A stretch of DNA of 64,000 nucleotides from Candidatus Levyibacteriota bacterium (lineage in GTDB: Bacteria > Patescibacteriota > Microgenomatia > Levybacterales > UBA12049): positions 1,149 to 65,148 of the forward strand of contig JAYRIM010000029.1 in assembly GCA_041906785.1 (NCBI GenBank), given 5' to 3'. This document shows, piece by piece, positions 58,900-64,000 of the stretch. The notes below the pieces were generated by a model. The model was given only the letters and a program-made list of their open reading frames with translations, had not been told where the DNA came from and ran no database searches. How positions within the stretch are numbered: the stretch's first letter is position 1; the number at the start of each line of letters is the position of its first letter. Position numbers and translations under genes: made by a program.

Positions 58900-59781
58900 T
58901 CATCTACCGTCATGTGAAGTATTTTGTTTTTTTAATTTCTCTTTAAAAAGAGATAACACATATTTAAATATAGCAATATAGAGAATTCTCTTCACCCGCC
59001 ATGGTTGACGTATCAGACGATATAACCATTCGAAGCCTAATCGTCGGATTATTTTCGGAGCTCGTGGAACTGTACCGCTAATATAATCAAATGCTCCACC
59101 AACTCCCATCATCATTCTAACAGGCAGTTTTTCAAGGTGTTCAGCTATCCATTTTTCCTGTTTCGGATGACCGAATGCTACGAAGAGTATATCTATTTGC
59201 TTACCAACTCGAACATCTTCAACATTTTTATGTTTCCCATCTCTTTTCGCTGAATCACGCTGAGCTATACGCTGAATCAGGCTGAAGTTTTGTTCTGCGT
59301 CTTTCTGCGTATTGATCAGCGTTTTTCCGCGCTGCCAAGTGCTGAAGTCAAAACCTTCTTCCCTCCATTCACTGGAAACGAAAACAATATTAAGTCCTGG
59401 GTATTTAGACAACAAGCAGTTGGCAGTTTCCTCTGCTACCCCAGCTTGAGCACCCAATAATCCTACTGTGACAGCCCAATCTGCGCTTTTACCACAGAGT
59501 GTCTCCATGAAATCTGTACCAGTAATCCGCTCTTTAAAGTGTATTCCGAAGAGTTTACTGAATAGTGTAATACCTTTACCATCAGGTAAGGCTATTTCAG
59601 CAGTATTGAGAATATTCCTAAACGAAGTGTCCTTATTTGCAAGCACTATCATCTCAGGGTTTGGGGTAACGATATAGAATTTTCTAGATGTTTTTTCCAA
59701 TAACTCTTTAATATGCTCTAGGATATGAGTCTCTGTTTCATTTGTAATGTTAACACCGATGAATTTTTCTTTTCTCAACAT
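58900..59781 (-). CDS. WecG/TagA/CpsF family glycosyltransferase
   Basis: VTPNPE, PDG, RITGTD, VAFGHPKQE, GVGGAFD, RAP....LGFEWLYRL..QP.R. Confidence 0.92.
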   Translation of the reverse strand: MLRKEKFIGVNITNETETHILEHIKELLEKTSRKFYIVTPNPEMIVLANKDTSFRNILNTAEIALPDGKGITLFSKLFGIHFKERITGTDFMETLCGKSADWAVTVGLLGAQAGVAEETANCLLSKYPGLNIVFVSSEWREEGFDFSTWQRGKTLINTQKDAEQNFSLIQRIAQRDSAKRDGKHKNVEDVRVGKQIDILFVAFGHPKQEKWIAEHLEKLPVRMMMGVGGAFDYISGTVPRAPKIIRRLGFEWLYRLIRQPWRVKRILYIAIFKYVLSLFKEKLKKQNTSHDGR

Positions 59782-60065
59782 AAAATATTTTACTACAAGA
59801 CTTAAGACTTAAACCATTTTCCTTTTTGATTCTCTATTTTGTACAAATTGACTATTCAGATATTGTGCTCGAGATTATCCAGGCAAAGCTAAAAATCTGT
59901 AAAGTTATTAAAGTATATCTATAGGCTATACTTTATGTGAAAATTATGGATATTATTTAATGTTCTGAATCTCTCCTGTATAAAAAGTCTACAATTATAA
60001 GATCTAAAGCCTACAAGTTCATAACCTTAACCAATAACTTACAACTCACAACCTACAACCCACAA

Positions 60066-61196
60066 CTATTTTTTAATACTTCTTTTATATAATTCTATAT
60101 TTTCCATTGCTACTCCTGTTCCCCGGACAACACATAATAACGGATCAGGCGCTACATGGCATGGGACACCAGTTATCTGAGTCATCAACTTATCTAGATT
60201 CTTAAGAAGAGATGTTCCCCCACTCATTACAATTCCCTTGTCAATTATATCACTAGCTAATTCAGGAGGACATTGTTCGAGTACTGTTTTCGGTCCTTCG
60301 ATTATTTCTTTCAATACAGGAAGAATTGCTTCATTCACATGCTCTTCGGTTAGCTCAATACTTCTAGGTAATCCTGTGACATTATCCCGCCCACGAATCT
60401 CCTGAGTTTTTTTTTCAGCCGTATGCATAAGGTTACCTTCATCAATATCTACACTTTTTGACATTTGAGATTTCGATCCTTCGATGAAGGTACTCCCCTT
60501 GTGGGAGACATTTGAGATTTGCGAGTCTTCGAGCATTGCATTTCCCATCTCAATTTTTATCTGCTCCGCTGTTGTCTCACCTACTAAAAGATTAAATTTC
60601 CGGCGTATATAATTTGCTATTGCTTCATCAATTTTATTCCCTGCCACACGAACCGAACTATGCACAACCGCACCTCCGAGAGAAATAACAGCTGACTCAG
60701 TTGATCCACCACCGATATTTACAATCATGTGTCCAGCAGGCTGTGCTATAGGAATTCTTGCACCAATAGCTGCAGCTAATGGTTCATCTATTAAATATGC
60801 CACTTTCGCACCTGCGGCCATAGTCGCGTCGAGCACTGCTCTGCGTTCTACCTGCGTCACGCCTGAAGGAATACATACCATCACTTCAGGCTTAAAGAAA
60901 CGGGATTTGCCGCATGCTCTATTAATAAAATAGGTTAACATCGCTTCCGTAATCGTATAGTCCGCTATTACTCCATCCCGCATTGGCCGCATCGCAATCA
61001 CATTTCCTGGCGTTCTACCAAGCATTTCTTTCGCTTCTTTTCCTACTGCAACTACTTTATTTTCTTCTGCAGTTACTGCAACTACTGTCGGTTCATTTAA
61101 TACAATGCCTTCTCCCACAACATACACCACAGTGTTTGCTGTACCAAGGTCAATACCAATTTTTTTAGCTGTGGGAAAAGTAAACATACTGAACAA
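60066..61196 (-). CDS. mreB: rod shape-determining actin homolog MreB
   Basis: IGIDLGTANT, RPMRDGVIAD, EPLAAAIGA, IGGG, GRD..TGLP, CPPELASDI. Confidence 0.96.
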   Translation of the reverse strand: MFSMFTFPTAKKIGIDLGTANTVVYVVGEGIVLNEPTVVAVTAEENKVVAVGKEAKEMLGRTPGNVIAMRPMRDGVIADYTITEAMLTYFINRACGKSRFFKPEVMVCIPSGVTQVERRAVLDATMAAGAKVAYLIDEPLAAAIGARIPIAQPAGHMIVNIGGGSTESAVISLGGAVVHSSVRVAGNKIDEAIANYIRRKFNLLVGETTAEQIKIEMGNAMLEDSQISNVSHKGSTFIEGSKSQMSKSVDIDEGNLMHTAEKKTQEIRGRDNVTGLPRSIELTEEHVNEAILPVLKEIIEGPKTVLEQCPPELASDIIDKGIVMSGGTSLLKNLDKLMTQITGVPCHVAPDPLLCVVRGTGVAMENIELYKRSIKK

Positions 61197-61600
61197 TTTT
61201 AAATTTAAATAATTTAAACATTTAGATTTGATTAAAAATTTAAGATTAGAAATTAAAAATTAATACATCATACTATTATCAAACCATATCAAAAGTAGCT
61301 TTGGCTTTAGGATAATTTGATTATATACCCCTTCGCTCTCATATTACAAATTTATAATACCTAACATAGTTTTGATTTTTAGTAGTACCCTTTATAGCTA
61401 TAATAATTTCTCTTTTGAGAGCTTCGGTAGGTATATACAATTTATAAAAATCAAAACGACGTGGTATATCAATGTAATTCTATGTTGCAAGGGCGAAGAT
61501 AGAACAGATATAATAGCTATCAGTAGTCAGAATTCAGTACTCAGTTCTGAGAGGATTTGCTTTCTTAACTAACCACTGATAACTGTCCACTGACAATCGT

Positions 61601-62800
61601 ATGCGCAGACAACTACTCTCTTCTATATTTATTTTATTTCTGTTACTAGCAGCTACTGTACTTGTCATTCTCTATGGAAAAGGATATAGAATCGGGAATC
61701 TCTTTAATGGCCGGCCAACTATCTCAAAAACGGGATTACTCGTAACGACAAGTGTGCCTGATGGTGCGCAAGTTTTTATTAATGGGAATTTAACAACCGC
61801 AACTGATGATACGATCGATCTTCTTCCCGGCGAATATACAGTAAAGATTACTAAAGAAGGCTACTTCCCTTGGGAGAAAAAGGTACAGATTCAAAAAGAA
61901 GTCGTCACGAAAGCCGATGCATTACTTTTTCCTACAGCGCCTCGTTTAGAAAATATAACATCAAGTGGTATAGAACATCCTGTGCTCGATCCTTCAGGGA
62001 AAAAGTTGGCGTTTCGTGTCGCCTCACAATCTGCAAGAAAAAACGGATTATATGTACTTGATATGAATTCGACCCCTATTTTAACTTTAAGTAGTTCAGC
62101 TCGCCAAATAACAGATGATGTCACTGACTTTTTTTCAAAAGCAACATATGAGTGGAGTCCAGATGGCGAAGAAATTATCGCGACAATTACAAATGACGAA
62201 ACTCAGTTGTCTACATATTATTTGCTCCGGGCTAACACATTTAATACCACCCCTCAAAACATTACAGCCACACTTCCTACTATAAAAGATACCTGGGAAA
62301 CTGAACGACAAGAAAAAGCTGAAGCAAGAATAAGTGGATTACCGAAAAAATTAAAATCATTAATTACAGATAATTTTAAGATTATTTCATGGTCTCCTGA
62401 CGATACTAAAATTCTGTATACAGCCTCACGATCTGCTGAAATACCGATGGTTATAACTCCACGACATATTGGACTTGATCTCATGCGCGAAGTAAGAAAT
62501 ATAGAGGAAGGAAATGTCTATGTCTATGATATTTCAGATGATTTCAACACGAAGATTCTCGATAAAAGTGAACCAACTCTTCCTGTGCAATGGATGCCTG
62601 ATTCTGACCATTTAGTTATAGTTCGAGATAATAAGATACAGATTTTGGAAGATGATGGAACAAATAACACGACTGTCTATGCTGGACCGTTTGTAAATAG
62701 TTATGTCTTCCCATGGCCGAATGTCTCAAAGCTCGTGATTTTAACAAACTTCAACAACGCAGGCGCTCCTGCTAACCTCTATACAATCGGTCTCAAGTAG
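61601..62800 (+). CDS. PEGA-domain plus TolB-like beta-propeller membrane-anchored protein
   Basis: TGLL..TSVPDGAQVFING, LLPGEYTVKI.KEGY.PW, WSPD repeats. Confidence 0.85.
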   Translation: MRRQLLSSIFILFLLLAATVLVILYGKGYRIGNLFNGRPTISKTGLLVTTSVPDGAQVFINGNLTTATDDTIDLLPGEYTVKITKEGYFPWEKKVQIQKEVVTKADALLFPTAPRLENITSSGIEHPVLDPSGKKLAFRVASQSARKNGLYVLDMNSTPILTLSSSARQITDDVTDFFSKATYEWSPDGEEIIATITNDETQLSTYYLLRANTFNTTPQNITATLPTIKDTWETERQEKAEARISGLPKKLKSLITDNFKIISWSPDDTKILYTASRSAEIPMVITPRHIGLDLMREVRNIEEGNVYVYDISDDFNTKILDKSEPTLPVQWMPDSDHLVIVRDNKIQILEDDGTNNTTVYAGPFVNSYVFPWPNVSKLVILTNFNNAGAPANLYTIGLK

Positions 62801-63224
62801 AATGTAGTAAGTAGTATGAGTTAAGTTACTTTACTATTCTTACTACCTGCTACAAAATACGTACTACTCAGTTAATAGAAATAAATTTTATTTCATGAAA
62901 GACATTGATGTTTTAAACAGAAATAGCTCAGAGTTTAGTTGATACAGGAAAAGATCAGCGTGGAAAATCTTATCATAAATGTATCAGGAACTATTTTCAC
63001 ACCTATTAGGTTCTAAATACTTGATAAAAGAACTCTTAAATCTTTTTGGATATAAGGGTAGTTTAGCGATGACAAGCAGCCTTTTCCAAGTTGTTTCTGG
63101 TGGGAACGTAAAACGTCGCAGCCCTTCTGCTAATTACTGTTTGCTAAGAGACTTGGTTTCGCTATTATAAATAGCCGCTTCCAAGTGGTACCGGGCGGCC
63201 CGCTTTTAGCGAGGCTCGCCTTAT

Positions 63225-63998
63225 CTATTTCGATTTAGGATCTTTAACTTGTAGAGAGGGTTTCGCTATAACAAAAAGACGTTTAAACGTGGTTCCCGGC
63301 GGCCAGCAGGTTTGTAATACAAGTTTTTCCTTATCTCCCCTGTCAGTTAGTAATGAAACATCACTGGGATCTGCAATACGTTTTTCAGTAACAGTATAGT
63401 TGTACCGAATATCTTGAAAATAGATTACGATCTGGTCACCTTTCTCTAATTCTTTTAATAAATAAAATACTGCGTTATACTGTCCTACATTTAATGAAGT
63501 ATCAGTTGAATGAGCGAATAAATAGATTGTTCCTCGCATTCCTGGGAAAACAGTACCTTTCGCATGTGCTACCCCATTAATAAGCACTCTGCGAAAATCT
63601 TTTTCGTTTGTTGGATCTATGTTTGGGATAATCCTTGAGGCTGCGCCAATCTTCGGTATCAAAATACTAAAATAGGTATCAGGAGATATCAGAATACGAT
63701 CTTGTGCATCACCAAAAAATGCTGACAGGACATCTGCAGAAGGATAGGATGCTTTTTTACAATTGACACAACTCTTGTCATCCTGACTACGTCCTGAGCC
63801 TGTCGAAGGACTTGTCCAGGATCGTTTTGGCTTGTGTTCAATTCTATAGGCAATACCTCTTACCTTCTCAACACGAAATCTAATTTCTTGCGAAACTGCC
63901 GGACCGAATGTCGTAAATACAAGATATAAGCCCAAGAGAATCAGAAAGTTACCAATCGTATGGATGATGAGAAATTGTATCTTTTCCTTACGAGTCAT
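63225..63998 (-). CDS. sortase
   Basis: IPKI, GVAH, PG..G..YLFAHS, FY.L..L..GD, LVLQTC, R. Confidence 0.92.
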   Translation of the reverse strand: MTRKEKIQFLIIHTIGNFLILLGLYLVFTTFGPAVSQEIRFRVEKVRGIAYRIEHKPKRSWTSPSTGSGRSQDDKSCVNCKKASYPSADVLSAFFGDAQDRILISPDTYFSILIPKIGAASRIIPNIDPTNEKDFRRVLINGVAHAKGTVFPGMRGTIYLFAHSTDTSLNVGQYNAVFYLLKELEKGDQIVIYFQDIRYNYTVTEKRIADPSDVSLLTDRGDKEKLVLQTCWPPGTTFKRLFVIAKPSLQVKDPKSK

Positions 63999-64000
63999 AA

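Overview
AT-rich bacterial chromosome segment whose gene content (secE-nusG-rplK-rplA, rplJ-rplL, mreB, sortase, many PT-rich membrane-anchored hypotheticals, many near-leaderless genes, abundant 7/8/9-mer tandem repeats and GTCAT...ATGAC palindromes) is typical of a Patescibacteria/CPR (Microgenomates-like) genome; this taxonomy is an inference. It carries a lipid-headgroup cluster (CarS-like, DAG kinase, PHP, CDP-alcohol phosphatidyltransferase), a trehalose/alpha-glucan cluster, a 2372-aa surface protein with a MacB-type ABC transporter, and a 9-kb insertion splitting rplKA from rplJL. The most striking unexplained structure is four GC-rich orphan genes (7948+, 9269-, 11467+, 15182-). Each sits in the same rRNA-operon-like cassette: sigma70 promoter, boxA-like motif, structured leader, SD-like site, ORF, hairpin trailer, with a long-range stem that encloses the whole ORF. 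A second highlight is a 939-aa orphan ending in two FtsZ C-terminal-peptide-like motifs plus an amphipathic membrane helix, next to a Fic enzyme. No rRNA, tRNA, CRISPR array or transposase was recognised.
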